Positions 35,324 to 45,008 of a stretch of DNA of 64,000 bases are shown piece by piece; within the stretch, counting starts at the first letter, position 1, and the number at the start of each line of letters is the position of its first letter. The translations under genes and the position numbers were made by a program. This stretch comes from a virus: positions 24,817 through 88,816 of the IMG/VR virus record IMGVR_UViG_3300027759_003827; one strand, given 5' to 3'. The notes under the pieces were generated by a model. It was not told the DNA's origin. It saw nothing but the letters and a program-made list of their open reading frames with translations, and ran no database searches.

Positions 35324-35552
35324 AGTATAACTTTCTTATTTTAGCGCCTAATTCTTGATCGTTAGATGTACTTTTAATCATATCGACTTCTACTGCTAAT
35401 AATCTTCTATCAGGAAAATTTATATCTGATTCTTTTCGTTGTTCATATTCGAAACCTAATACACATGCTAAGTGGTCGGTTCCTGCTAAGTAATCAAATT
35501 CAACTTGGTCAGTTGGTTTGCCACAAAACTGGCAAGTGTAAGGTGTGCTCAT
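35301..35552 (-). CDS. hypothetical Zn-finger protein
   Basis: CQFC...HLAC; NDQELGAKIR. Confidence 0.6.
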   Translation of the reverse strand: MSTPYTCQFCGKPTDQVEFDYLAGTDHLACVLGFEYEQRKESDINFPDRRLLAVEVDMIKSTSNDQELGAKIRKLYYEVYNNS

Positions 35553-35557
35553 AACGG

Positions 35558-36130
35558 TTATTTTTTCTCTATTTCTATTATAATATCATCGAATCTACCT
35601 TTATTTTCTCTTAAATCAAAAACTCTATAGCTTTTAATCTTTGTTTTATCTACATAGGAGTCTATTAACTCGGTCCATAAAAATTCCTGTACGTCTTCTA
35701 TAATTAACTTTCCGCCAGGCTTTACCTTATCGATCCATTTCTGAGCGCTTATAACCATAGAGGCTAGAGTATGAGGTCCATCATCGATTATATAGTCAAA
35801 AGAATTATCTTCAAAGCTATTAATGGTTTCATCTGAGAAGCCGTCTACAATCATTAGTTCTATTCTACTGTAATTTGATAGTGATCTAGGCAAAGAGTCA
35901 TTACATTCGATTCCGGTAATTTTTCCTTCTGTAAACCATTCACTCCATAGCCTAAGACTATCTCCCTGAGCTACTCCTATTTCTAATAGGTTAATATCGC
36001 GATCTCTATTTTCGAATTCACGCTCATAATACCCGCTAAGATAGCTATGATCAGTTTCTTTATCAGAGGTCCATTCTACATGGTGATTACTGTCTATTAA
36101 CTTACTTGCGTTCAGTTCTGTTAGAGTCAT
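35558..36130 (-). CDS. class I SAM methyltransferase
   Basis: LLEIGVAQGDS, FDYIIDDGPH, KPGGKLIIED. Confidence 0.85.
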   Translation of the reverse strand: MTLTELNASKLIDSNHHVEWTSDKETDHSYLSGYYEREFENRDRDINLLEIGVAQGDSLRLWSEWFTEGKITGIECNDSLPRSLSNYSRIELMIVDGFSDETINSFEDNSFDYIIDDGPHTLASMVISAQKWIDKVKPGGKLIIEDVQEFLWTELIDSYVDKTKIKSYRVFDLRENKGRFDDIIIEIEKK

Positions 36131-36142
36131 ACTGTTGTTTTA

Positions 36143-36430
36143 TTATTTCCAAAATTGATACCAACGCTTTTTAGGAGCTGGTTGACATTTACTAAAAGGG
36201 TTATCGCCGAATGATACTGCTTTACAGTACTTAGATGTCATCATGTTTAAGAATATTTCATGATACTCTTCGGGTATTGTATCAAAATCGGCTTGTACTT
36301 TAATATCTAAGGAAATACTTCTCTTACCGTTAACTACTAGTGTTAGTATTTCATGACACGTTACTAATTTAGAAGTAGTCATGATTAAATTATTACCAGA
36401 ACCTAAATTTATTTCTTCCATACTATACAT
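36143..36430 (-). CDS. hypothetical protein
   Basis: C-terminal KKRWYQFWK. Confidence 0.6.
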   Translation of the reverse strand: MYSMEEINLGSGNNLIMTTSKLVTCHEILTLVVNGKRSISLDIKVQADFDTIPEEYHEIFLNMMTSKYCKAVSFGDNPFSKCQPAPKKRWYQFWK

Positions 36431-37256
36431 TTAAAGTTTTATTCCAGGCTGCGATATGCAATCTAGTTAATCCTCTAAATTTATATTTCTTAGCCATCTC
36501 CATTACAAATCGAGTTCTTTCTTCGAAGTTAGCTGCATCATCTAAACCTGGCATACAGATTACATTCTCTAAAGGAATATAAAAGGGTTCAATAAAGTCT
36601 CTAAAGATTTCTTTAACATCCTCTTCAGTACTAATAACAAACTTAAATTGGTAGTTATCGTGCTCCATAATACGATTAATAGCTTTAGGAACAATACGTT
36701 GTTTTACTGTCATACCCGAGTTATCCAACTTAGGTGAACAGTTAATTTGATCTAAGCTCTGAAATAATTCTTCTTCGATAAAATTAGTACCGTTAGTTTC
36801 GATTTCATAGTAGGTATTACGCAAAGAACCTTCTATATCCATCCAATATTCAGTAAAGTTATTAATTGCTACTTGATGTCCTGCAATAGTAGGTTCACCT
36901 CCGGTCCAGATAACACGTACGCGACCATCTAGAATATCCTCGTATACTCCTTCCTCTTTAAATCTATCAAGTAAGTATTGAAACTCTTTATCTTCTCCTC
37001 TCCATAACCACTGAGATGTAGAATCACAAGTCCAGGTAGCTTTACCTTCTTTAACTAAATCGCCTTCGAAGATTTCACCGTCTTCTAGTAATTGCTCTTT
37101 CATTAAATTATTTGTAAATGCTCTAGACATACCGCACGTTAGGTTACAAATACCTAAACGAACGAAGTATGCAGGAATACCGCTGCTTATGCCTTCGCCT
37201 TGAACTGTATAAAAGTCACTAGTAATAAGTAACTTATTTGGATCTATCTTACTCAT
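36423..37256 (-). CDS. queE: 7-carboxy-7-deazaguanine synthase (radical SAM)
   Basis: TVQGEG, FVRLG.CNL.C, CDS, TGGEP, IETNGT, SPK, RLH. Confidence 0.92.
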   Translation of the reverse strand: MSKIDPNKLLITSDFYTVQGEGISSGIPAYFVRLGICNLTCGMSRAFTNNLMKEQLLEDGEIFEGDLVKEGKATWTCDSTSQWLWRGEDKEFQYLLDRFKEEGVYEDILDGRVRVIWTGGEPTIAGHQVAINNFTEYWMDIEGSLRNTYYEIETNGTNFIEEELFQSLDQINCSPKLDNSGMTVKQRIVPKAINRIMEHDNYQFKFVISTEEDVKEIFRDFIEPFYIPLENVICMPGLDDAANFEERTRFVMEMAKKYKFRGLTRLHIAAWNKTLNV

Positions 37257-37404
37257 TAGTTACTGTTTTAGGGGTTTCTACTTTTTTAAATTGAGCCTTC
37301 CATTCAGATTTAGGTATAAACTTCCACTCCCTAGTAGCTTGATCAGCCTTTTCATTTGTTATTCGGATAATTTCTCCGGTCTTAGAACTCTTTAAACATT
37401 TCAT
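37249..37404 (-). CDS. 51-aa hypothetical protein (not in ORF track)
   Basis: MKCLKSSKTGEIIRI...WKFIPKSEWK...TNE*. Confidence 0.65.
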   Translation of the reverse strand: MKCLKSSKTGEIIRITNEKADQATREWKFIPKSEWKAQFKKVETPKTVTNE

Positions 37405-37433
37405 AGTTTCCTCCATGTTTTATTGTGATTAAA

Positions 37434-37718
37434 TTATTTTTTATCTACATAATGATGTAGCTTATTTCTTAACCTATCAATTCGTATTTGACAGTACCAT
37501 TTTCCCATATTACTAGATGCATTAGCATATCTTTCTTGCCAGTACTTAATACCTTTATTAGTCTTAGCATTAGCTTCTTCTAGGTAGTCTATATCCCAAT
37601 AGCTATTATTCTCCTGTATCTCTTCATCGGTAGGAATATAAGGATTTTCTTCTTCCCACTTTTCAATAAGCATCTTGCGTCGAGACTTCTCTTGTTTTTT
37701 TTCAAATTTCTTTTCCAT
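37434..37718 (-). CDS. hypothetical protein
   Basis: TAATG-coupled to queD. Confidence 0.6.
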   Translation of the reverse strand: MEKKFEKKQEKSRRKMLIEKWEEENPYIPTDEEIQENNSYWDIDYLEEANAKTNKGIKYWQERYANASSNMGKWYCQIRIDRLRNKLHHYVDKK

Positions 37719-38185
37719 TACCCTATATAAATTGCTGAGTTTCTTTTATTCTCAAAGAATTCTACTTGTGCTACTCTAACGCGGTTATTTGTCTCTTCCT
37801 GTACAAAAGTATTTATTTTACCGTAAATATACTTTGCAAATTGCTCTGCACCTACAGGGCCTTCAAGGATTCTTAACTGTACTACTCCTCTCTTATCTAA
37901 CTCTTTAAAGATCTCCAATTCAGGATCATCTGGTGCTAATACCGTAGTATGATCGAACATATAATCCATCCATTGCTTAGCGTTCATACCGTCAATTTGA
38001 GTTTTAGCTCTCTTCATACCGCCAAAGTCCCATACCCAATTTCTATGATCTAACTCTCCTTCAAAAGTTATTCTAAATTCAATATCGTAACCATGTAAAA
38101 ATCTACAATGCGTACCTTCAGCAGCCCATTGACGGAATACGGTACTAAACCCGTCGTATAATTTTGTTGATTGAAATTTGCTCAT
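37718..38185 (-). CDS. queD: 6-carboxytetrahydropterin synthase
   Basis: HCRFLHGY, WDFG, FDH, GAE, FFEN. Confidence 0.9.
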   Translation of the reverse strand: MSKFQSTKLYDGFSTVFRQWAAEGTHCRFLHGYDIEFRITFEGELDHRNWVWDFGGMKRAKTQIDGMNAKQWMDYMFDHTTVLAPDDPELEIFKELDKRGVVQLRILEGPVGAEQFAKYIYGKINTFVQEETNNRVRVAQVEFFENKRNSAIYIG

Positions 38186-38198
38186 AACGTATTTTTTA

Positions 38199-38230
38199 TA
38201 AAATTAAGTATTTTCTCTCAGATAACCAAA
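38199..38230 (-). promoter_or_regulatory. Bacteroidota sigma-A-type promoter ahead of queD
   Basis: TTTG-N20-TAATTTTA. Confidence 0.65.
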
Positions 38231-38398
38231 TTCTTGTGCAAGTACTTGACAGCTTTTTTTATGTTTATCTCTATATGGACAATGTCTACATCCATTCCCA
38301 CAACACTGTCCTCTTTGAGAATGGAAAAGGGCCGTAAAAATGACCCTTTCCCCTTCCAAATAATAATGTATTCCTTGTATGAATTCTTTTTTTTCCAT
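38204..38398 (-). CDS. small Cys-rich protein (DUF5522-like)
   Basis: RGQCCGNGCRHCPY. Confidence 0.75.
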   Translation of the reverse strand: MEKKEFIQGIHYYLEGERVIFTALFHSQRGQCCGNGCRHCPYRDKHKKSCQVLAQEFGYLRENT

Positions 38399-38399
38399 C

Positions 38400-40256
38400 T
38401 TATTGAACTTCACAAGCACCGCCAGCGCAAGCTGCTTCTCCCATTAAGTTAGTATTGTCTGCAAATTCGACAACTTTAGATAAATCTATATTATGTAAAG
38501 ACTTCATCATTTCGTCGTACTTCTCTTCTGTACAGTCTTCGAAAGGTGCTTGAATATAAGTTCCGCCGTCGTAAGGTAGTACTGATAAGCCATTGTAGAA
38601 TTTTTTATTATCCCACATCCACTTTCCTACCTCTTCCCACTGATCTGCTTTAATAGAAACTGTAGCTGAAATATTATGTGTATTCTGACCTGTTCTATGA
38701 CCTGGTTTAACCCAGTTTTGATATACAGACTTAACTCTTTCAAGAAGATCTAAAGCAGACTCGTGTCTTAAAATAGATCCTGCTGGAGCTTTTTGCGGTA
38801 CAGAGATAACTGCTGTATCATGAGGTCTAAAATATTCATCTTCGATAAGCTCTGGATGATTAATTGCTAGGTAGGTGTATATAGATTCGTTCTTACCTAC
38901 TCTAATTCTTCTAATATAGAAATCATTATGCCATGCATGAATTCCAGATGATGTTCCTAATGCTAAAGAAGAAGTTCCTGAAGGCTTTACTGTAGTAGTT
39001 CTAGCTGCTTTATTAATTCCTAATAGCTTAGCTACTCTCTCATTTTCTTCATTAACAATCTTAGTTGCTTGCTTAAGATCTAACTGTTGAACTTTACCAG
39101 AACCAATACCTGTCATTCCTACGCCTATTAAAGCGTCTTTTTCGGTTGTTCTTTGCCAGATAGGACGTAAGTAATGGAAGCTAGTATAAGATGCTTGTAA
39201 CGTACCGATAAAAGCTGCTGCTTTTACTCTTGCATTTAAATCAGCTTGATCTACAACATCTGAAACATTTACTTCACATAAGTTACAGAATTGGAATGGA
39301 CGTAAAGCAATCTCGCAACATGGATTAGTTCCCCAATCTTTATCATTGCTTAAATAAATGCCAGGTTCACCAGCACCGCTTGCCTTAATTTTGTCCCACA
39401 AGCCGAAGAAAAATTCCTCAGTCACCTTATTTCTTAATAAGACTGCTGAGTTGTTAGCTCTTCCGCGCTGTGGGTTAAGTTCCCACCATGCACCTGACTT
39501 AGCTGAAATCATATTATCGTCATCTGCACTAAAGAGGCTGATTAAAGCTGCTCTTCTAATACCGCCTGTCAATACTGCATCTGCAATATGACATACTATA
39601 TCGTGTACTTCAATAGAAGTTAGTTTATCGTTACTTTCTTTGCTATCTAAAATTCCTTGAATCTTAATTAAGCATTCTTTTAATGGTTGAGGTCCTGGTG
39701 CTTTACCGCCAGTAGTGATTAAAGCAGCTCCTTTGGCTCTAATATCTGAAAAGTCAAATGCTGGAGTTGATCCGCCTTCAAAATAAGAGCGAACTAATAC
39801 CTTAACTGCATCAGCCCATCCTTCAATAGAATCGCCAATTAAAAAACGTCTAGTTTTCTTTGGATCTGGTTTTCTGATTTCAGGTAATTGCTCAACGTGA
39901 TGCTTTTGTACTGAATAACCTACCCCAGTACCGCCTAGCAATAAGAACATCGTTTCTCCAAAGGCTCTCCAATCATCAATCGGAAGATAAGCACAGTTAT
40001 AGATACGGTTAGGGCTAATTTCAATAGGTTTACCTGCAAACTGCATTGAACGCATTGAAGGTAATGCTTTTCTATCGTAAACATACTGATAAGCATCTTC
40101 AATTTCTTCCTGTAACTGCGGAAATTTCTTTAAGTGCATTGCTTTGTTTCTATCTACTAACTCTTTCCATGTCTCCCTTCTCTGTACTTCGGGATTAAAT
40201 TTGGCATACTTCATATATACCGTAATGTCACTTAAAATGCTCTGTGAAATGTCCAT
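38400..40256 (-). CDS. nrdJ: class II (adenosylcobalamin) ribonucleotide reductase
   Basis: PSMR, NCAY, GTGVG, TNPCCEI, TVKPSGT, C-terminal CAGGAC. Confidence 0.92.
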   Translation of the reverse strand: MDISQSILSDITVYMKYAKFNPEVQRRETWKELVDRNKAMHLKKFPQLQEEIEDAYQYVYDRKALPSMRSMQFAGKPIEISPNRIYNCAYLPIDDWRAFGETMFLLLGGTGVGYSVQKHHVEQLPEIRKPDPKKTRRFLIGDSIEGWADAVKVLVRSYFEGGSTPAFDFSDIRAKGAALITTGGKAPGPQPLKECLIKIQGILDSKESNDKLTSIEVHDIVCHIADAVLTGGIRRAALISLFSADDDNMISAKSGAWWELNPQRGRANNSAVLLRNKVTEEFFFGLWDKIKASGAGEPGIYLSNDKDWGTNPCCEIALRPFQFCNLCEVNVSDVVDQADLNARVKAAAFIGTLQASYTSFHYLRPIWQRTTEKDALIGVGMTGIGSGKVQQLDLKQATKIVNEENERVAKLLGINKAARTTTVKPSGTSSLALGTSSGIHAWHNDFYIRRIRVGKNESIYTYLAINHPELIEDEYFRPHDTAVISVPQKAPAGSILRHESALDLLERVKSVYQNWVKPGHRTGQNTHNISATVSIKADQWEEVGKWMWDNKKFYNGLSVLPYDGGTYIQAPFEDCTEEKYDEMMKSLHNIDLSKVVEFADNTNLMGEAACAGGACEVQ

Positions 40257-40343
40257 TTTTCGTCGTTTTTTATAATATTAAAGATACGTTTTTCATTCGA
40301 GGGTTTTACACCGTCGTTAAGTCTATAACTTATTTAGTTGAAT

Positions 40344-40556
40344 CTACAGGTTTTTGTTTAGACCGTCTTGAAAGACTGTCTCAAGGTATGTATCAGCAGC
40401 AGTAGGAGGTCTAAAGGTAGGATCTACCATATTTCTATCTACTAAATTGTTAGTGCCATTTTTCTCCATTTCAAATACAAACTCTTCATAAGTAGTTTGA
40501 TCTACAGGAGGCGCTAGTGCTGTCTTTTTTTCGTTATATAATTCAGTTAAACTCAT
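40344..40556 (-). CDS. hypothetical protein
   Basis: preceded by CTATTTAT at 40577-40584. Confidence 0.6.
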   Translation of the reverse strand: MSLTELYNEKKTALAPPVDQTTYEEFVFEMEKNGTNNLVDRNMVDPTFRPPTAADTYLETVFQDGLNKNL

Positions 40557-40586
40557 ATTAGATACCTTTTGTAGTAATAAATAGCA

Positions 40587-41963
40587 TTATTTACCTAATT
40601 CAAAGAATCTTTGCTGCAAATAATTCCTCTCTTCTGCACTGAAATTAGTAGTCGGGGCCTTAGTTCCTTGATTACCATTTTCTACAGTAAATTCTCCTTC
40701 TTCCATCTCTCTTTCTAAAATTTCTATATTACCGTTTTCAGTGTTAATTTTCATTGGATAAGTCATTCCATCGCCGCCATATCGATTCTTCATAATATGT
40801 GCTCTTCCAGTTCCATTCATCTTATCTAACCTTTTTCTTGATAAAGACATTGCAAAGTCTGCAATCATAACCTTGTTATAAGAACCAGCTGCCTTATCTC
40901 CTTCGATTACATCATCTTTCGCACCTGCTCTATTCACTTGAGATACAGTCCAAATCGGCAACTTTAAGTCCCTTGCTAAAGCCTTTGTGGAGATATAAAT
41001 ATCATCAATTTCATCCTTTCTGTCAATAGACTTACGCTTAGACTTTAATAAATCCACGTAGTCAATAATAATTAAATCCGGTCTAGTACCGAGGTCAGTC
41101 ATCTTTTGAATATGAGATTCAATAGAAGATATAGATGCTTTACCCATTGAGAATTCTTTGATAATTAACTTTCCTTTAAGCTTCTCAATCATCTCATTTA
41201 CTTCTGTTCTATGCAAACCTAACTCTTGTACTTTAAGTCCTGTAAACGTAGCATCATATCTCCTACCCATATACCCTTCTGATAATTCTAAGGTATAGTG
41301 AGCAACAGTATAACCTAACGATACAGGCATAGCTCCTAGAGCAGTTAGCATCCAGCTCTTACCTCCGCCTGGGTTACCGAAAATAATTCCTACATCTCCT
41401 GCTCCTAATCCTCCCTGTAATAATTCATTAACGTGAGGCCAAGGCGTTGGTATAGGGTTTCTATCTTCTGCTCTATAACGAGTTTCAGTATCTTTCTCGT
41501 ACTCGTGACCTAGGTTCTTATCCATACCAGCTTTTAATGCTGAATCAATTAAATACCTAATATCATCGTACTGTCCTTTTTCTAATAAATCAACTGAAGA
41601 CATTAAAGCTTTCTTTAGCTGTTGGTTCTTACAGAAATTAGCAAACTCCTGCTCTACATACTCCTGGTCTTCGTTAGATGCTTTATAAGCTTCTTTTAAC
41701 TGCTCAATAACAGATACTTTTAATACCTCGTTATCAATTTTTTTAACCTCTACTTGTAATGCATCAAGAGAAGGTGTAGTATGGTACTTATAATGATATT
41801 TTAAAATCTCTTCTATAATCCACTTATGTGCCGGATTATCAAAATACTCTTCCTCTAGTATATCGTGTATGTTCTGTAAAAATTCTTTATGTCTTAGTAA
41901 GCTCGATAACACCTTTACTTGAAAGCCTACACCGTATTGATTCAACTGATTTAAAACTGCCAT
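40587..41963 (-). CDS. DnaB/gp41-like replicative helicase
   Basis: GNPGGGKS, TLELS, IIIDYVD, SQVNR, KNRYG. Confidence 0.93.
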   Translation of the reverse strand: MAVLNQLNQYGVGFQVKVLSSLLRHKEFLQNIHDILEEEYFDNPAHKWIIEEILKYHYKYHTTPSLDALQVEVKKIDNEVLKVSVIEQLKEAYKASNEDQEYVEQEFANFCKNQQLKKALMSSVDLLEKGQYDDIRYLIDSALKAGMDKNLGHEYEKDTETRYRAEDRNPIPTPWPHVNELLQGGLGAGDVGIIFGNPGGGKSWMLTALGAMPVSLGYTVAHYTLELSEGYMGRRYDATFTGLKVQELGLHRTEVNEMIEKLKGKLIIKEFSMGKASISSIESHIQKMTDLGTRPDLIIIDYVDLLKSKRKSIDRKDEIDDIYISTKALARDLKLPIWTVSQVNRAGAKDDVIEGDKAAGSYNKVMIADFAMSLSRKRLDKMNGTGRAHIMKNRYGGDGMTYPMKINTENGNIEILEREMEEGEFTVENGNQGTKAPTTNFSAEERNYLQQRFFELGK

Positions 41964-41982
41964 AACTGATTCTCTTTATTCT

Positions 41983-42014
41983 TTAATATAGTAAACTATT
42001 CTTGATCTTTCAAC
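41983..42014 (-). promoter_or_regulatory. Bacteroidota sigma-A-type promoter ahead of the helicase
   Basis: GTTG-N20-TATATTAA. Confidence 0.5.
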
Positions 42015-43033
42015 TCATACCCCGTTAATTTTGCAAAAGTTTCACCTAACCATATTTGAGGGCTAAGTAAAGTCTTGCCTAATAAGTCTTCGTTGTATAA
42101 CTTTACAAACTTAATAGGGTCGTAACCGTTATTCGGGTTATTTAGTAAGTGATCTACTACAGCTTTATCTTCTTGAGGTATATTTGGATTATGTAAATCC
42201 ATTAACTTCCTGTTTATGTCCAATTGATAGCTATAGTTAAGTATATCACCGTAATGTTTACTTTTTGTTATATTTTGTTTTGCATACTCTAATAAAACTA
42301 ATAATCTAAACTTCTCTTTTTCTTTTAATTGAGGAAAAAGCTTTATTAACGTCTTTGCACCAATACCTTTTACCCCGGGTACATTATCGCCTTTATCTCC
42401 TAGTATAACTTTACCTACTAAAAAGTTTTGAGGTGTAATTCCGTACTCTTTTACTACTCTAGCCGGGTCGTAGATTATCTTCTTAACTGGTGAGTAAACT
42501 GTAATTTTATCCGATACGAGCTGTAAGTAATCTTGATCAGTAGATAGTATAGTTACTTTTTCAGGAAACCTAGTTGCAAGGTATCCAATTACGTCGTCTG
42601 CTTCAATTTTATCTATTGCAATTAAGTCAACAGGTAAACACTTTAAGTAAGCTACTAAGCGTAAAATTTGATTAGTGATAGACTCAGATTCTTCTTCCTG
42701 ATTATCAAATGCATCCCAGTTTGAGATCTTAGTAATATGTCTATTAGCTTTATACTCTGGATAAAGGTACCTCTTATTTGTTGAACCGCCAACGCCGTCA
42801 AAAACTAAAATAACCCTAGTAGGCTGTAATTGTTTTATAACTGCACCGACTGATTTTAAGAAGCCTCCTAATCCTCCTACGTGATTACCCGCTGGATTGA
42901 TATGGTGTATTGCTACAAAACTACGTAAAAACGTATTTAACGAGTCTATAATAAGAACCCTGCTATTTTTATGCAGGGTTGTTACCGGTTCACTTTCCAT
43001 TTCCGCAAACATTTTTCTATAGTCTGTATTCAT
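41996..43033 (-). CDS. 5'-3' exonuclease / flap endonuclease (T4 RNase H-like)
   Basis: IIDSLN, VFDG, YKANR, EADDVI, STDQD, GDKGDNVPGVKGIG. Confidence 0.93.
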   Translation of the reverse strand: MNTDYRKMFAEMESEPVTTLHKNSRVLIIDSLNTFLRSFVAIHHINPAGNHVGGLGGFLKSVGAVIKQLQPTRVILVFDGVGGSTNKRYLYPEYKANRHITKISNWDAFDNQEEESESITNQILRLVAYLKCLPVDLIAIDKIEADDVIGYLATRFPEKVTILSTDQDYLQLVSDKITVYSPVKKIIYDPARVVKEYGITPQNFLVGKVILGDKGDNVPGVKGIGAKTLIKLFPQLKEKEKFRLLVLLEYAKQNITKSKHYGDILNYSYQLDINRKLMDLHNPNIPQEDKAVVDHLLNNPNNGYDPIKFVKLYNEDLLGKTLLSPQIWLGETFAKLTGYELKDQE

Positions 43034-43037
43034 AATA

Positions 43038-44114
43038 TTATTCTTCTGAAGCATCAAAAATATCTTTACTATCCTCATCGGTCTCTATTACTACCTCGAA
43101 GTCGGTAGCTCCTAAAGTCTTTAACCATCCTTTCGAGTACTGTTTCTTATAGGCATCAATAGCTTGCTTAGTATCATCAATAAAACCATGTGCAGTCATA
43201 ATAACTCTACCTGCAGATGTTACGTCGTTAACGTGGTTTTTATCGCAACTAACTTTAGTACGCTTTGCAAACTCTACATCTTTACCGTTCTTGGTTGCTT
43301 TAATCTTATTTGTACCAGAACTAGTAACATTACCGAAAGTAACAATTAATGAAGAATCAAAATACATCGTATCCCCGCCTTTATTTTTCATCTTAGGCTG
43401 TGCCATGATGTTTTCTGCTTTAGCTACCCAGATTTTATTTACTGCTAGCATTGAGTTGGTATAAGGTTGACTTTCTTTACGTGATAATACGATTTTTTGG
43501 TTAATAAAGTTACCGAATGTCTTAGACATAGCGCCTGCATTCCATTCGTTATTATTCTTATTAGAGTTTACAGACATTTCACAAGGTATACTGCCTACTG
43601 AATCCCATAAAAATAATAAATCATAAGGTAATTTACCGTTCTTCTGTTCGTCAAGTAAATCTGCAATAAATGCACCTACGTCTTCAATAGTATTTAATCT
43701 TTCTCTATCAATATACAAGAAAAATCCTTTATAATCCTTTACTACTCCATTGTCATCAGCTACTTCTTCATACTCTAATCCCATTAACCTAGCATGCTCC
43801 CAATTCCACTTCATCTCGGTAACAATAAAAACAGGTAAGACGCCCATTTTCTGGGCGCTTACTGCTGCTTCTAAGAGAGCTGTTGTTTTACCGGTGTCAG
43901 AGTGACCGCGGAGTAGTGTAATATGGCCTTGTGGGATGCCAGGTATAGATAAACAGTCTTGAAATGCTTTTGATAAAGGTATCCATTTTTGTTCTTTCAT
44001 CTTAATCGATGTACTAGATAAGTTCTTTGCTTCTTTAAAGCTATCTAGATTAAAGGTACCCTTTAGGGCACCAGCTATACTCTCATTAAGAGAAGCTTTA
44101 GTTCCTTTTACCAT
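43038..44114 (-). CDS. RecA/UvsX-like recombinase
   Basis: GHSDTGKT Walker A, WDSVG Walker B, KGG, KNH. Confidence 0.85.
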   Translation of the reverse strand: MVKGTKASLNESIAGALKGTFNLDSFKEAKNLSSTSIKMKEQKWIPLSKAFQDCLSIPGIPQGHITLLRGHSDTGKTTALLEAAVSAQKMGVLPVFIVTEMKWNWEHARLMGLEYEEVADDNGVVKDYKGFFLYIDRERLNTIEDVGAFIADLLDEQKNGKLPYDLLFLWDSVGSIPCEMSVNSNKNNNEWNAGAMSKTFGNFINQKIVLSRKESQPYTNSMLAVNKIWVAKAENIMAQPKMKNKGGDTMYFDSSLIVTFGNVTSSGTNKIKATKNGKDVEFAKRTKVSCDKNHVNDVTSAGRVIMTAHGFIDDTKQAIDAYKKQYSKGWLKTLGATDFEVVIETDEDSKDIFDASEE

Positions 44115-44122
44115 GTAATTGT

Positions 44123-44941
44123 TTATTTAAATAATTCGTCGAACTCGTCGTCAATGCTTGCTTTAGGTTTAGCGTTTAAAGCAAACGATGCTGGTTTATT
44201 AGCAGGAGCTGGTGCTTCTACTACGGGTGCAGTAGGTGCAGCTGGAGTTGCTGGTTCATCAGTAGCAGCTTCAGGGTGTAGCCAACTTAACAAAGATTCT
44301 TTCATCTCATCATAAGAATATTTCTTAAAGATAGTGAATACCTCTGGTTGAGTATTTAACCACTTTTCTACTTCTGCTGCTTCTTCTGATAAAGGAGTAG
44401 TTTTAGTACGAACACGTACTTTAGATTGGTTATAACCAGTACCGTTAGCAGCTGCATCGGTAGTTTCGATCGTAATATCACGACCCTCAATTACGTCTGT
44501 GTAATCTCCTACATCAGGATCGTCAGCTAATGATAATAATTCAGCATAAATTTGCTTACCGAACTCCCATAAGCGTACGCCCTTCTCTTCTTCACCTCTA
44601 ACGATGACAGGAGCGAATACACGCATCTTAGGTTCTAATTTCTTAGACATAACCCAGTTCTCTTTATCTCCTGCTGTAGCTAATTGCTTAGCAAATTCAA
44701 CAATTGGATCTTTTTCACCGAAGTTAACTAATGAAATCATAGTACGGTTACCAATACCGTAATGTACTAATACTTCCTTAAAAGGATTTGATCTGTCCCA
44801 TGTTGCAGGAACGATACGAACGCTGTGTTTACCCACAGTAGGTTTCCATAAGATCAAGGACATGTCTCTTTTTTGACCGCCTGACTTTTGGTTCTGTAAC
44901 GAGTTAAGTTTCGACTTAATCGCAGATAGGTCCATTGCCAT
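44123..44941 (-). CDS. single-stranded DNA-binding protein (gp32-like)
   Basis: WKP..G...VRIVP, LWEFG, GRDI, acidic C-terminus DDEFDELF. Confidence 0.8.
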   Translation of the reverse strand: MAMDLSAIKSKLNSLQNQKSGGQKRDMSLILWKPTVGKHSVRIVPATWDRSNPFKEVLVHYGIGNRTMISLVNFGEKDPIVEFAKQLATAGDKENWVMSKKLEPKMRVFAPVIVRGEEEKGVRLWEFGKQIYAELLSLADDPDVGDYTDVIEGRDITIETTDAAANGTGYNQSKVRVRTKTTPLSEEAAEVEKWLNTQPEVFTIFKKYSYDEMKESLLSWLHPEAATDEPATPAAPTAPVVEAPAPANKPASFALNAKPKASIDDEFDELFK

Positions 44942-44976
44942 AACTTATTGTTTTAGTTTAAAATTTACTTTATAAG

Positions 44977-45008
44977 GAAATGTAAGTAAAAAAATCCGAA
45001 CTAGCAAC
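44977..45008 (-). promoter_or_regulatory. Bacteroidota sigma-A-type promoter ahead of ssb
   Basis: GTTG-N20-TACATTTC. Confidence 0.6.

Noticed and set aside
26261-44114. Inteins or introns in polA, nrdJ, helicase or recA
   Set aside because: Lengths and motif spacing are normal; no splicing motifs or homing endonucleases seen
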